DNA of 64,000 nt, taken from NCBI RefSeq assembly GCF_001194135.2, contig NC_068994.1, positions 9,561,359 to 9,625,358 on the forward strand, read 5' to 3'. A model generated the notes under the pieces. It made no database searches. It was not told the origin of the DNA and saw nothing but the letters and a program-made list of their open reading frames with translations. A program made the position numbers and the translations under genes. This DNA is from Octopus bimaculoides. Lineage: Eukaryota. Shown here in pieces: positions 12,163 through 25,510 of the stretch (its first letter is position 1; each line of letters starts with the position of its first letter).

Positions 12163-13462
12163 AATTTTTATTGTTGTGGATTAAGCTATTACTGAGCGTA
12201 TATGAGAACATTGTTTCATACACTTTATACACTCTAACATTGTATTTCATCAATAAAGTACTGGTCAAGTACTGTATTCCAGGTAATCGGCGAATTGACC
12301 CCACTTTAAAGTTCATTGTCTTGTACCAAAAGTTCGTGACACACATTACAGAAAGTATAATGTTGGCTTCTAGTGACCTCAAGGTGTCAGCTGATTCTTT
12401 TGGTTATACATGCAGATGTGCTAGATCGCTGATTGGAAGATATTATGACACATGTCGAATGTGTTTCTTTCTTTCTTTCTTTCTTTTGGCGTCCAGGAAA
12501 AGCAGTGGGTTTCACATGTGATTCATTGTAGTTGTTTTGTATATCTACACTAAAGGCACTGATGCAGCATAGCAGGGAAAAACATGACATTTTCTATTCT
12601 GAAACTTAGCCGAGAAGTATGTCCTACTCACATAATTATATAGTAAGATTTTCTCGCAGATTTTGTTCGTTATAAAGAGTAACAATATAGAATATGTTTG
12701 AATATAAAGAAGAATCATAAGCAGATATTAACGCAATTTCATTCTGAATTCTATTACAGTCATGATAACAGAACTTATTGAATCAATACTGGCAACATAT
12801 AAGAATGACATTTTTCTCCCCGTCACACTTATAAATAATTACATATTTTATTTCATATACTGGTGTTTACGATAGATATTAGTAAAGCCGATACCGAAAT
12901 AGTAATCACAAATGTAGAGAAAGAAGTTTCTTTGGACAGTATTCTCTAATTAAACCCCTAATTAATATTTTGTAGAATGTGCCCTCTCATTATACAACGG
13001 AATTCGTTCTCGAACATACACGTATATATTTTCCTGAATGTGTGTCTATACATATATATTTAAACTAACTGGTAGCTTCACGATTTCGATGTTATTCTAC
13101 TAAAAGCTATTATATTCTATGGACACATTTACTATATTTATTGGAGACTCAGTCGACCGAGTTCGATTTACCAGTACTTATAACGCACCGTCTTCTGCCT
13201 CTTCTCACTGACAAGATAATCATTCTTTCACAAAGAGGTATTTCTAAAAAATAAAGCGCAAGAAATGCAACGTAGATTGGGTCTTTCAAGGACTATTTTC
13301 ATGGTAAATCCAGAATATGCGCGTAAAGATATAGAAGACTTCGGTATATAATTCCATTAATAACTTTGCAGTTCAGCAGAATTCTAAGAAGACAACAACA
13401 TTTAATGCCATCTCATTGTGCGGTGTAAAACTCTGGTCGAGTTAAAAAAAAAAGAAAAACTA

Positions 13463-13858
13463 GGCGCAAGCGTGGTTGCTTGGTAAGAAGCTTGTTTCCC
13501 AACCACATTGTTCCACGTTCAGTCCCTCTGTGTGGCACCTTGGGCAAGTGTCTACTACTATAGCTTCGTGTCGTTCAAAGCCTAGTGAATGAATTTGGCG
13601 GACTGAAACTGAAAGAAGAGCGTCAAATGTTTATATGTATTTATTTCTGTGTATGTGTCTTTGTGTTTGGGTTTTTCACCCCATCATCGCTTAATAACCT
13701 TGTAAATTAGCAGTTCGGCGCAAGTGACCGATAGAATAAGTACCGCACTTACAAAGTATAAGTCCTGGGGTCGATTTGCTCGATAAAAAAAAAACCTTCA
13801 AGGCGGTGTTCCAGCATGGCCCTGATCAAATGACTGAAATAAGTAAAAGAATAAGGAA
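13463..13858 (+). mobile_element. SINE family A (tRNA-derived, CORE-like central domain), full length, diverged
   Basis: ggcgcaagcgtggttgcttggtaagaagc... B-box-like gttcagtccc, gtggcaccttgggcaagtgtc (similar to the CORE motif), internal TA/TG tract, tail aaatgactgaaataagtaaaaga. Confidence 0.85.
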
Positions 13859-14562
13859 TAAACCTTAGTGTGTCTGAATGAGATTAACAAATGTCTACAC
13901 AAGCACGGAGATACTAATGCTTTTCCTACTTAAAATAACAATTTAGATTCCTTGTCTACGTGAATGAAAGATGAGGTGATTTTTTAAATCTAAAGCGGTT
14001 TCAAATAACGAAATATTAAGAATGGATGAAACTCTGCTCAGTAATAATCAGCAAAACGCGGTATAAATTCATACAAAAATGGTGGACAAAATGATAAATA
14101 GGCATTAATGGAAATTTTCTTAATGTAAAACTATATTTGCCTTCTACACATATAATGAAATGTATAACGTATACAGACACGGTCATTTAATTTAAACGCT
14201 TCTGTGCTAAGTGAGCAGCCATACACTGTCTCTGAATGCAGGAGCCAATGTTCATTCAGGCGGTGAAGCATTCCTGAACTGTTTCGGACTCCCAAAAGTA
14301 ACCCCGACGACGTTGGCGACAAAAGTCGCTAACCATAGCATGAATTTAATTGAGTTAGATGTGGCGAATCTAAGATAGATGTTTTGTCTTGCCGCATCAC
14401 TAGCCTTCTCTTTCTTGAGCTAGACGATATGGCTTGCTTTCACAGTAACTCTCGACACATTCCTTGCAGCATCTCTTTTCTAATTTGCAACTTGTCTAAG
14501 ACTCCTGAGCATCGAATGATCCTGGTTCCAAAAAGTCCTGTAATGCCAATCTCTGCTTATAA

Positions 14563-15045
14563 TCCTATTGTCTCTCATTCATTGTTTACACCGAGTTAAA
14601 CTTGCTCATTGTATTTTCTTATGTTTCCCCGAATAAAGCGTCTTCGAGGTGTGTCTCTATTCGTGATATCCAACTAGAAGACGTCAGCAGGACTAGAAAA
14701 CATGAACTGGTTGATGTTTTACAAGACTATGATCATACGTTCAAATTCATTCGGCTTTCCTACCCTTCATCAAGAACGAAGAGCCTAGAAGGGGAGATAG
14801 ATGAATTGGTATTTGGTTGGCGTTTATTTCAGCTGAATAGCTTAGAACAACATCAAGTGGACATAAGAATAGAACGTGCTGGTTGGTTAAATATTCGAAC
14901 CAAAGAACTTATGTATGAACGTGAGTCCGCCAGCTTAACCACGTTCTTATGTGACCTCAATATTTGGAATGCACTTAATATCATACGTTACGTATTCACA
15001 CTTTGCACTACGTCGTTAAATCATTTACGGAAAAAGATAGTTTGA
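14563..15045 (+). CDS. Unassigned stop-free frame of ~160 codons in non-repetitive sequence; possible coding exon ending at the donor after 14920
   Basis: Longest stop-free frame here that is not built from a microsatellite, SINE or N-run; AAC|GTGAGT donor at 14921. No recognisable domain. Confidence 0.25.
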   Translation, partial: SYCLSFIVYTELNLLIVFSYVSPNKASSRCVSIRDIQLEDVSRTRKHELVDVLQDYDHTFKFIRLSYPSSRTKSLEGEIDELVFGWRLFQLNSLEQHQVDIRIERAGWLNIRTKELMYERESASLTTFLCDLNIWNALNIIRYVFTLCTTSLNHLRKKIV

Positions 15046-15743
15046 AGCGGATGTTAGCTACATATAAGCAATAAGCAGATAATGATACATCAACGTTTTC
15101 ATACATACACAAACAACAACAAAAACAAAACACGTACATATACAGGGGAAAAACTACTATGTAAACATCAATAAGCTATAAAGTATCATAGACTAATTTG
15201 AACTACGAACTGCTAAGTAATTTCAAATTGTGCGTTGTACTATATTGATCCGTGATGGACACATTATATATTCTTCTGCTGCACTTCACCGATAAAACCA
15301 TAAGCAATGTCGAGAATCACAATCTAATAATTGCATATATACCTGTGTCAGAAGCACCCCTTCCCCCAGAAACAGTCAAATATAAGAAATAAACAGCAAG
15401 CAACAATACAAGTACATGGGCGTATTTCATACACGCATTATTTGTTGTTTCTTTTTTTGTTTCTTTTTTGTTTTTTGCTCAGTTTATTTTTCTAAGCAAG
15501 CTGAAAAAAAGCTTTTTTACGATGAAGTGCGGCTTATGTAACTTACAACACTGTGTATGATCAAAGACGAATATTTTACATTTATTGTTGCATAAGTACA
15601 TGATTAATAGAAGGTAACCTTTTGTAAACCAAAATACTACACCCAAACACACATACATAAATACATAGGCATAAACACTTACATATCAATATGAATATAT
15701 ATATGTGTATATATACATTTATATATATGTATATATATTTATT

Positions 15744-15783
<40 letters not shown>

Positions 15784-15900
15784 TGCATACATATGTACAT
15801 AAATATATAAATATATATGTGTATATGTATATATGTATATATATGTGTATATGTATAAATATGCAGATATATATATATGCAGATATATATATAAATATGC

Positions 15901-15947
<47 letters not shown>

Positions 15948-16342
15948 NNNNNNNNNNNNNNNNNNNNNNNNNNNNNNNNNNNNNNNNNNNNNNNNNNNNN
16001 NNNNNNNNNNNNNNNNNNNNNNNNNNNNNNNNNNNNNNNNNNNNNNNNNNNNNNNNNNNNNNNNNNNNNNNNNNNNNNNNNNNATATCAAGGGTATTGAA
16101 CTAAATTGCAAAAGCATTAAGTCTATATAAAAAGAGTTTAGTGCAAGTGCATTTCCGCAAAAAACGAAAGTATCAAAGAAACAAAATTCTGCGCTCGTGA
16201 TAAAAGCAAAATGGTAGTTATTGCTGAATGAGAAGAAATGAACGTGAATATGTCATGAACTCATAGATCACTAGATTATTGCCCACTTGTATTTTTTTTT
16301 TTCGAATATATCTTGCAAATTGTCGAAAATTTAGACACTTAT

Positions 16343-16410
16343 GCAGAGACGTAGTTGTGTAGTAAGAAACTTGGCTTCCGACCTTATGGTTCCGGGTTCA
16401 TCCGTACGGC
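16343..16410 (+). mobile_element. SINE family A head fragment
   Basis: gttgtgtagtaagaaacttggcttccgaccttatggttccgggttca matches the head of 22962. Confidence 0.6.
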
Positions 16411-16439
16411 ACGAAATATGGAAGGGGTGAGTTTTATAG

Positions 16440-16620
16440 CCTCTGGCCGTGAAAGTCAGACGCTGGGTTGGACGTTTCCAAGATGGCCAAAACATGTCGA
16501 GTAGAACTGAGGAAAATATCGCAGATGTGCATGTAGCTGTGAGGGGGAATCATCGAAATGCCATCCGCGAGTTATTAGAAGGATGTGCAGATTAGTTACG
16601 GTTCAGTACAATCCAGTCAT
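16440..16620 (+). mobile_element. Mariner transposase relic, HTH region
   Basis: SRTEENIADVHVAVRGNHRNAIRELLE, then after a frameshift DVQISYGSVQS; typical mariner second HTH. Confidence 0.8.
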
Positions 16621-16772
16621 GGTCAATGCAACGATCAGACGATACACACCTTCATTCCAAACGCTGCTGTAAATAGCGGAAACTGTGCTAGAATTTAACA
16701 CTTAGGGTGCCTGAGCAGTAGAAATCAGGGTGATTTTGTACCAAGCGCCTTCACTCTGTGTGCTTTAGCTTC

Positions 16773-16786
16773 GTTACTATGGCAAC
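16773..16786. promoter_or_regulatory. RFX X-box consensus match GTTACTATGGCAAC
   Basis: Matches GTNRCY-N(0-3)-RGYAAC. Function not shown. Confidence 0.3.
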
Positions 16787-17149
16787 AGTCCGGATACTTA
16801 TTGATCGGAGTACGTATTGTTTATCATCGAAGGAACCCTCAACTAATTCACAGTCATTAGTTAATTGAACTGTTTAATAATTTTTAGCGAAACTTTCTGA
16901 CGCTATTCCAATTTTCTCGCATGGTACGACGCACAAGATACATCAGACTAATATAAGGGCTACGTGCAATTAAATATATTGAAAATTGAACGTGAGCTAA
17001 GTACAGCTGCACTTGATCTGAAACCCAAACGCATACATACATGCAAACACAAAATCTCAGTTACTCACATACAGACACACTCACTCTCACATACATACAC
17101 TCTCTCAATCTGAAACACACGCATATATTGTTGTATACATATATATATT

Positions 17150-17350
17150 CTTTTATTCTTTGATTTGTTTCAATCATTTGACTGCAGCCATACTGGAGCA
17201 CTGTCGTTCGTCAAACGAATCGAAGCCCGGACTTTGTTTTGTAAGCCTAGTATTAATTTTATCGGTATCATTTACTGAACGGTTAAGTTACGGGGCTTAA
17301 ACACACTAAACACACCAATATCGGTTGTGAAGCGTCAATGACGGACAGAC
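17150..17350 (-). mobile_element. SINE family A 3' half, running into (TA)n and a gap
   Basis: tcatttgactgcagccatactggagcac...gtaagcctagta...ttaagttacgggg...atcggttgtgaagcg is the reverse complement of the family A tail. Confidence 0.8.
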
Positions 17351-18164
17351 ATAGATACACAAACATATGCATATGTATATATATATATATATATATATAT
17401 NNNNNNNNNNNNNNNNNNNNNNNNNNNNNNNNNNNNNNNNNNNNNNNNNNNNNNNNNNNNNNNNNNNNNNNNNNNNNNNNNNNNNNNNNNNNNNNNNNNN
17501 NNNNNNNNNNNNNNNNNNNNNNNNNNNNNNNNNNNNNNNNNNNNNNNNNNNNNNNNNNNNNNNNNNNNNNNNNNNNNNNNNNNNNNNNNNNNNNNNNNNN
17601 NNNNNNNNNNNNNNNNNNNNNNNNNNNNNNNNNNNNNNNNNNNNNNNNNNNNNNNNNNNNNNNNNNNNNNNNNNNNNNNNNNNNNNNNNNNNNNNNNNNN
17701 NNNNNNNNNNNNNNNNNNNNNNNNNNNNNNNNNNNNNNNNNNNNNNNNNNNNNNNNNNNNNNNNNNNNNNNNNNNNNNNNNNNNNNNNNNNNNNNNNNNN
17801 NNNNNNNNNNNNNNNNNNNNNNNNNNNNNNNNNNNNNNNNNNNNNNNNNNNNNNNNNNNNNNNNNNNNNNNNNNNNNNNNNNNNNNNNNNNNNNNNNNNN
17901 NNNNNNNNNNNNNNNNNNNNNNNNNNNNNNNNNNNNNNNNNNNNNNNNNNNNNNNNNNNNNNNNNNNNNNNNNNNNNNNNNNNNNNNNNNNNNNNNNNNN
18001 NNNNNNNNNNNNNNNNNNNNNNNNNNNNNNNNNNNNNNNNNNNNNNNNNNNNNNNNNNNNNNNNNNNNNNNNNNNNNNNNNNNNNNNNNTATGTATATAT
18101 ATATATATATATATGCATGTATATGTGAACGTATGTATACATACATACGTATATATATATAAAC

Positions 18165-18195
<31 letters not shown>

Positions 18196-18959
18196 CCTTT
18201 GTATATATATACGCACATACATACATATTTACACACACAGACACACATACATATGTGTGCGTGTGCGAGTGTGTGTTTGTATTTAAGCGTATATAATCAA
18301 TGAACAAAAAGTAAATAATTGAATAAAGTTGTCTTTGATCATCTCTTTAGGCAATTAGTTACGAATATATATATTCGTAATTAATTACTCTCATGTCAAT
18401 TTAGGTGCTTCAATTAACAGAGTGCTAATATAAAACGAAAGTTTGTAGAATAAGTTCAGAAATATTTTATTTCCTTTAGTATTTCTTTATTTTCTATTAC
18501 ATTTTATGTGTAGTAACATTGTTAAAATTACAAATTTATGTTCAGCAATTCCCGGAGTGGAATATTTAATATATTGTGCAAAATCAATATATATATTATC
18601 CGTTCAAATTATTTTAACAATTTTACGGTAGATAACATAAGTATTGAATCAAGTCCTTGAGGCAATTCGGGCACGTGGCGCAGCTTAGGAAATGGCACTG
18701 CAGATGTAAAAGTGTTCAAGTATTAAAACCAGTGCTGAAAAGCATCATAGTTAATAGGTAGATGGATTCTTGTTAATAGAAATGTCATATCTGAAAAAAT
18801 CCGGGGAGTACGTCTGTTATATTTACTTCCAATAGCTATTTCTGCTAAAAATAAACGTAATGATAATGATTACTTCTATTGGCCACAAATCTTCAAGGCA
18901 ATGAGGGCTAAAGACAAAAACCAACGACTATAATTACGATGATGATCATATTGATAGTG

Positions 18960-19199
18960 GTTGTAAGACAGATTCTCGCGTTCGAAGATGACGTATGAGC
19001 GTTTAGTTTTTGCCATCCAACCTTCACAAATCTCTCTCTCCATCACATTGACGTTGTCTGAACAGGTGCAATGGGTACCATCGCAGAGCAACGCCAGATG
19101 AAATGTTTTATTCAAGAACACAACGCACCACCCGGTTTAGAAATCGAACTTACGATCGCTAGATCGGGAGTTCAAACCCTAACTACTAGGCCATGCGCC
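18960..19199 (-). mobile_element. SINE family C, diverged
   Basis: Minus strand: gggcgcatggcctagtagttaggg...gttcgatttc...gttgtgttcttgaataaaacatttcat...gttgctct...catacgtcatcttcgaacgcgaga. Confidence 0.7.
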
Positions 19200-19319
19200 C
19201 TCACAATAATAATAATAATAATAAAAATATAATAATGATGATGACGATGATGATGATAACAATAATGATAATAATAATAATAATAATAATAATAATATTT
19301 TTTTTTATAATAATATTTT

Positions 19320-19375
<56 letters not shown>

Positions 19376-19385
19376 GATGATGAAG
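19200..19385. repeat. (AAT)n/(GAT)n compound microsatellite
   Basis: Direct reading. Confidence 0.95.
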
Positions 19386-19469
19386 GTATTCATGGCGATG
19401 ATGCCGGTGTTGGTGATAATATTTTAGGACCAGCCGAGTGTAAATTAAGACAGAACACTGGTTAATATA

Positions 19470-19890
19470 TCAGCTCTACAGAAGAAAAACAGTTGACAAG
19501 TTGTATAAACACCACCCTGCGACAGTAACTGAAGGAGAACATGTAACGATTCTTTGCCACTTAGCAGTACATATAGACAGAAGCATCAACGCTAATAATA
19601 AACCGGACTTTGTTGTTAAAGACAAAAACAATAAAGTCAGTTTATTGATCGCCATAAACATTCCTTGTGATCATAATATCTCGGTAACAGAATTTGACAA
19701 GCTCAAAGAATATAAAGATTAGCTGATTGAAATCGAGAAGCTTTGGTACTTTGTAGGAGCACATGGCATGGTCGAAAAAGATATTGAAAAATATTTGATA
19801 TTGATCTCTGGTTTTCTGTCCCTGCAAGAAGTGCAAAAGATTGTTTTGACGGGTACGTCACACGTATTGAGATATACATTGGCGTACTGA
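19470..19890 (+). mobile_element. R4/Dong-type non-LTR retrotransposon 3' relic (restriction-like endonuclease domain)
   Basis: LYKHHPATVTEGEHVTILCH...NKPDFVVKDKNNKVSLLIAINIPCDHNISVTEFDKLKEYKD*LIEIEKLW...SLQEVQKIVLTGTSHVLR; PD..D-type motif. Confidence 0.85.
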
Positions 19891-20344
19891 ATTTTCTCTC
19901 CTTTTACTTCCCTTTGTCTTTTTATTTTATTTGAATTGTCTTCGATTTTCTAGTTTCCATCTATTTTTTTCATTTTTGCCCTCCTTTTTTCTTCTTTCTT
20001 TTTCTATTACATAACTTGTTTCTATAATTGAACAATCTAGTGTGTTAATTTTGATTTCCTATCAATATATACAATGACTTTCTGCGTCCTAAAGACCGAG
20101 ATGACACTTGGCAAGAAATTGAAACAAAATTGAAAGAAGAGAAATCATTATAGACCTATTGGTTGTCTGCCATTACTCGAGAAACAATAGATTCTATACT
20201 TCATCTTCTAGGGAAACTATCAACTGTCTCCATAGCAGATGATGTATAGAATCTATAGCCAGTGGAGCAGAAAAGATGGAGAAAGAAATCAAGTTGATCT
20301 GCTATCTATAGATAGCAGAATATTAAATGAGACATGAGTAAGAT

Positions 20345-20440
20345 TAAATGAAACATGAGCAGCTGTTGCATGGATAGGGTACAGAAAGACCTATGACAAC
20401 GTCCCACTTGGCTGACTGATACAGTGTCTGACGACGGTCC
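20345..20440 (+). mobile_element. Non-LTR reverse transcriptase motif relic
   Basis: AVAWIGYRKTYDNVPLG*LIQCL resembles the RT motif WIDY.KAYD.VPH.W...CL. Confidence 0.6.
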
Positions 20441-20684
20441 AATCCAACGACACGATATATTGGTGGAAGGAATAGGTATCTCTGAAACAAGTAAACTGAG
20501 AAAATCCATAGATAAAAGATAAATCACCTACAATATTTGAGTGACTTAAGTCGCTTTAACCATTTCGTTATTATTAGAAATAGGTATAGCGACTTATGGC
20601 CATCCTTGTATTTGGGGGTGTATGTTTGTAAGACATCCATATGTATGTATGAGTATGTATATAAATATATATAAAAGAGTGAGG

Positions 20685-20716
<32 letters not shown>

Positions 20717-22424
20717 GAGAGTGAGAGAGAAATGTGAATTTTATCACAGATTATGTTAACTCTGAAATGTAATTTCGAAATGAAATTTTTATTTGCCGAC
20801 ATAAAGTACTCTACTTTGAGGAAGCGCTTTTTCGATCTTTATACTNNNNNNNNNNNNNNNNNNNNNNNNNNNNNNNNNNNNNNNNNNNNNNNNNNNNNNN
20901 NNNNNNNNNNNNNNNNNNNNNNNNNNNNNNNNNNNNNNNNNNNNNNNNNNNNNNNNNNNNNNNNNNNNNNNNNNNNNNNNNNNNNNNNNNNNNNNNNNNN
21001 NNNNNNNATATATATATATATATATATATAATATGTACTACATTTATATTGATATGTAGATGAAGAGAAACATACATATATATAGATACATTAACATGTA
21101 TCTATAGCTGAATACGCAAACGTGCATACAGAGTCAGTCAATAAACCTGTTTGTGTGTGTATGTGTCTGTGTGGGTGTGCATGTATATGTGTATGCTTCT
21201 ATGTATGTATGTATCCATTAATAAAAATATTCTCCAATACGAAATATCCATATCGTGAAGCTTTGCATCCTGTTCAGTCCATTATCACGATATTATCCAC
21301 ATTACTATCAAACAACTTAGCTATAAATTTTCTTAATCGGTAAACAGTATTTCCTTTTCTATATTCTGATATAACTATTATTCCTTAGCTTTACCATGAA
21401 ATTGCCCCCATGACATTTTTCATTTATGATATTATATTTGTAGGAAGTAATTTTCTTGACTGTCTGGAAAATTGATTATGAATTTTTCATTATCAAACTC
21501 TATATTCATTCAGATTGATTGGCGAACTAACTCCAACAAGCACCTGCTGTACCCAGAAGCTGATACGGTATATTGTCTTCTTTGATTATTTAATCATATT
21601 CTTCTTTAATTCTGATGCTATCATTGAAGAAATGTTGATAGCTGAAACTATTTCAAACATATAAGTTAGATACGTGTGTGAATGTCTAAGTATATGTATG
21701 TGTGTGTTTATGCGTCTGTCTCTTTACACATACACACACACACACATATATATATGTATACAAATATATATATATNNNNNNNNNNNNNNNNNNNNNNNNN
21801 NNNNNNNNNNNNNNNNNNNNNNNNNNNNNNNNNNNNNNNNNNNNNNNNNNNNNNNNNNNNNNNNNNNNNNNNNNNNNNNNNNNNNNNNNNNNNNNNNNNN
21901 NNNNNNNNNNNNNNNNNNNNNNNNNNNNNNNNNNNNNNNNNNNNNNNNNNNNNNNNNNNNNNNNNNNNNNNNNNNNNNNNNNNNNNNNNNNNNNNNNNNN
22001 NNNNNNNNNNNNNNNNNNNNNNNNNNNNNNNNNNNNNNNNNNNNNNNNNNNNNNNNNNNNNNNNNNNNNNNNNNNNNNNNNNNNNNNNNNNNNNNNNNNN
22101 NNNNNNNNNNNNNNNNNNNNNNNNNNNNNNNNNNNNNNNNNNNNNNNNNNNNNNNNNNNNNNNNNNNNNNNNNNNNNNNNNNNNNNNNNNNNNNNNNNNN
22201 NNNNNNNNNNNNNNNNNNNNNNNNNNNNNNNNNNNNNNNNNNNNNNNNNNNNNNNNNNNNNNNNNNNNNNNNNNNNNNNNNNNNNNNNNNNNNNNNNNNN
22301 NNNNNNNNNNNNNNNNNNNNNNNNNNNNNNNNNNNNNNNNNNNNNNNNNNNNNNATATATATATATATATGGATATAGATATACATATATATATATATGT
22401 ATGTATATATAGATATTTATACAT

Positions 22425-22483
<59 letters not shown>

Positions 22484-22961
22484 CGTATGTATATATATAT
22501 GTACGTATGTATGTATATATAATTTAAGGGTATCCTAACCTCTTGATGGTTGCCTCTGAGGAAATAGAGGTTCAATAGTTAGTATTATTGGAGAATGAAA
22601 TTCCCTTAAAACAATGGGTATATGCTAAGGCTTTAGTTTATATCCAGTTAAAAGAATAGAAGAAACTAGAATTTAAGATGTTAACAAGTATTTATTTTTA
22701 ACAAATTGATTGTCTTCGCTTCTTACAACAGTTTCTAATAATACTCAATAATTTAAATTTAAATTTGTACATTAAATTTATATTTACGTGACATGAGAAT
22801 AATTTCATCAGCAAAAAGAAAAAAGATGTACCATGGGATGTTATATGTGGACCTATCAATTCATTTCAGCAGACTCAGAAAATTTCACACTCAATTAATT
22901 TCGCACACGCATGAATCTAATCTGTTTTTAAATTCATTATTTAGCCTTTCTGTGAATAGTA

Positions 22962-23371
22962 GGCGCAGGAGTGGATGTGTGGCAAGTAGCTTGATTACCA
23001 ACCACATGGTTCCGGGTTCAGTCCCACTGCGTGGCACCTTGGGCAAGTGTCTTCTACTATAGCCTCGGGCCGACCAAAGCCTTGTGAGTGGATTTGGTAG
23101 ACGGAAACTGAAAGAAGCCCGTCGTATATATGTATATATATACATATATGTATGTGTGTTTGTGTGTCTGTGTCCCCCCCCCCCAACCATCGCTTCACAA
23201 CCGATGCTGGTGTGGCTACGTCCCCGTAACTTAGCGGTTCGGCAAAAGAGACCGATATAATAAGTACTAGGCTTACAAAGAATAAGTCATGGGGTCGATT
23301 TGCTCGACTATAGGCGGTGCTCCTGCATGGCCGCAGTCGAATGACTGAAACAAGTAAAAGAGTAAAAGAGT
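22962..23371 (+). mobile_element. SINE family A, full length and well preserved
   Basis: A-box-like TGGATGTGTGG, B-box GGTTCAGTCCC, CORE-like gtggcaccttgggcaagtgtc, internal microsatellite, tail with (gtaaaaga)n. Confidence 0.9.
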
Positions 23372-25184
23372 AGAATACACGTCAACCGAGCAGACATCTA
23401 TTTCCTTTATTAAATAAATTAAGCAATGTAATTAATTTCGACGTTTCTTAATCCCGAATTATATATCTATTTCCTCTATACTATCTAGAATTGAGCCAAT
23501 ACTGTCTAGAATTAATCGGTGTTTACGCTTGTTTAATGTTCTAGTCAGGTCATATTGTGTACATACTAAGAACATGCTTAATGTACAGCGGTTTCCGTTG
23601 TATTCCAATTATCACTACAAACTTAGTGTACTGGTCTATTAATTATCATGCGCACTGTGTTTATAACTTTGTGCGTATTTGCAGGTGTGTGCGTGTGTGT
23701 TTATGTATGTGTGGGTATGTTTGTAGACGTGTGTGTTTGGATGTGTGTGTGTGTGTGTGTATGTGTGTGTGTGTGTTTGTGTGGGGGTTAAGGAATCTGA
23801 CAGTTTGCATTCGATTTGCTGCAAATTTGTAAGACACAGAGCTATCTCTGTTTCTCAGCAAACACACGTAAGCGTATATTCCACCTGCTGTGCTGAGATT
23901 CATTTGAACATGAGCAAACTATTAGCAACTGTACATCCCGTATTAAAGATACATAAACTTGTTATTCATGACAAATTTCAGATTATCAATACTAAAGTCG
24001 CATTCACGACAGAAGCAGTAATAACCCACCAACGTATCTCTTTTTTTTTTTGTATCTCATACTCTCCTTAGCTTTTTAACGATAAGCAGTATTTTGTTTA
24101 CAACGCTATCATATTCTCTCTCGATTGTATCTCACGTAAGTAGATTAGGATGCAGTTTGCCTTGAAAAATTGAGTAACGTGTTACTGCCTTTCAGAACGC
24201 TTTACGTAGATTACATGCCATTCAGATCCACAAGGCGCCCATCACTTGCAAAGGAAGCGCTTTGTTTACGCAACGTATAACAAAGTTTGCAGATGGGCAT
24301 TTCTGTTATACTATCACAAAGGTTGCCGAAGTGGTATCTAGATTAGTGACGTAAAATCCTAAATACATCTATGTAATGAGTGTATTCTGCATTACACTTT
24401 AACCTTCCAGCGACCTACAAACAGAGATTAATAGAAAAAAAACTCTTACCGTTCTCTAATGTATCGATATTATCGACGAAATCTTTGGTGATGATATTTC
24501 CATTTTTGGTCCGATTACTGCAACAAGGAAAGGAATATAATCGGAGTATGAAAATTGACCTTGTGTTTTCTAGATTCACTTCGTAATAACTTGAATTCCA
24601 TTTATGGGATTTTCTGCATGTTGCTTCACCGATACCATTGCGAGAGAAATTTGATAAACGGATGTATGTTTATGTGAGTGAAAAAGAGAGAAAGACAGAG
24701 ATAGAGATAGAGATAGAGAGATGGAGAGAGAGCGGGAGAGAGCTATTACTTATACTTTAGTGTTTATAGAAGACGTGCCTCGAAGCGAATTCAATTGTAA
24801 ATGATATCTTATAATATATTATATTAAAAAGATATTGGATGGGAAGCACTAAGCAAAAGAGTATCTGTGAGTTATTAGTCACGCATTTCCGGTAAACCAG
24901 AAAGACATGTTATCATTAAAAGCATACTCTGATCTAAGATTAAGATTGTTTTCACTTAGAACACAAATACAGAATTATCGAGAAATATTTAGATAAATAT
25001 TTATTAACGACGTGTTCAAAGAGAAATCGTCTCTAGATAACAGATAACAGCTTATAAAATAATGAATAACCCGTTATTCTTGCAACCCAAACAGACGTTG
25101 TTTCAATTATATTAACACAGCCATAAACTTTCATATGTCGAATTTAAAACCTTATATGTGAGTACATCTGTGTATATTCATTAA

Positions 25185-25460
25185 CGAACATCCAGCCTGT
25201 CTCTGCCAACTTTGTCCGAGCCTGCCGACCACTGATGAGGAAGAACAACGCGCTGAAGTCTGCCAAGACCTTCGTCAGCGTGACGCTTATGACCCATACT
25301 TCATGTCGAAGTTCACCACCGGAGGCGAGAGTTGGGTCTACGAGTACGACCCTGAGATGAAACAGCAGTCGTCACTGTGGAAGAGCTCTTCATCTCCATG
25401 ACCGAACAAGGCATGACAGAGCCACAGCTCAATCAAGAGCATATTCATTGTATTTTTTTT
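25185..25460 (+). mobile_element. Mariner transposase relic, linker and start of the catalytic domain
   Basis: VSANFV...DEEEQRAEVCQDLRQRDAYDPYFMSKFTTGGESWVYEYDPEMKQQSSLWKSSSSP*PNKA*QSHSSIKSIFIVFF. Matches the TGDESW/YDPE motifs; the TGA stops are consistent with CpG decay. Confidence 0.9.
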
Positions 25461-25510
25461 ATTGTATATGTATATATACATTTTTTGTGTATATATATAT
25501 ATAAACATAT

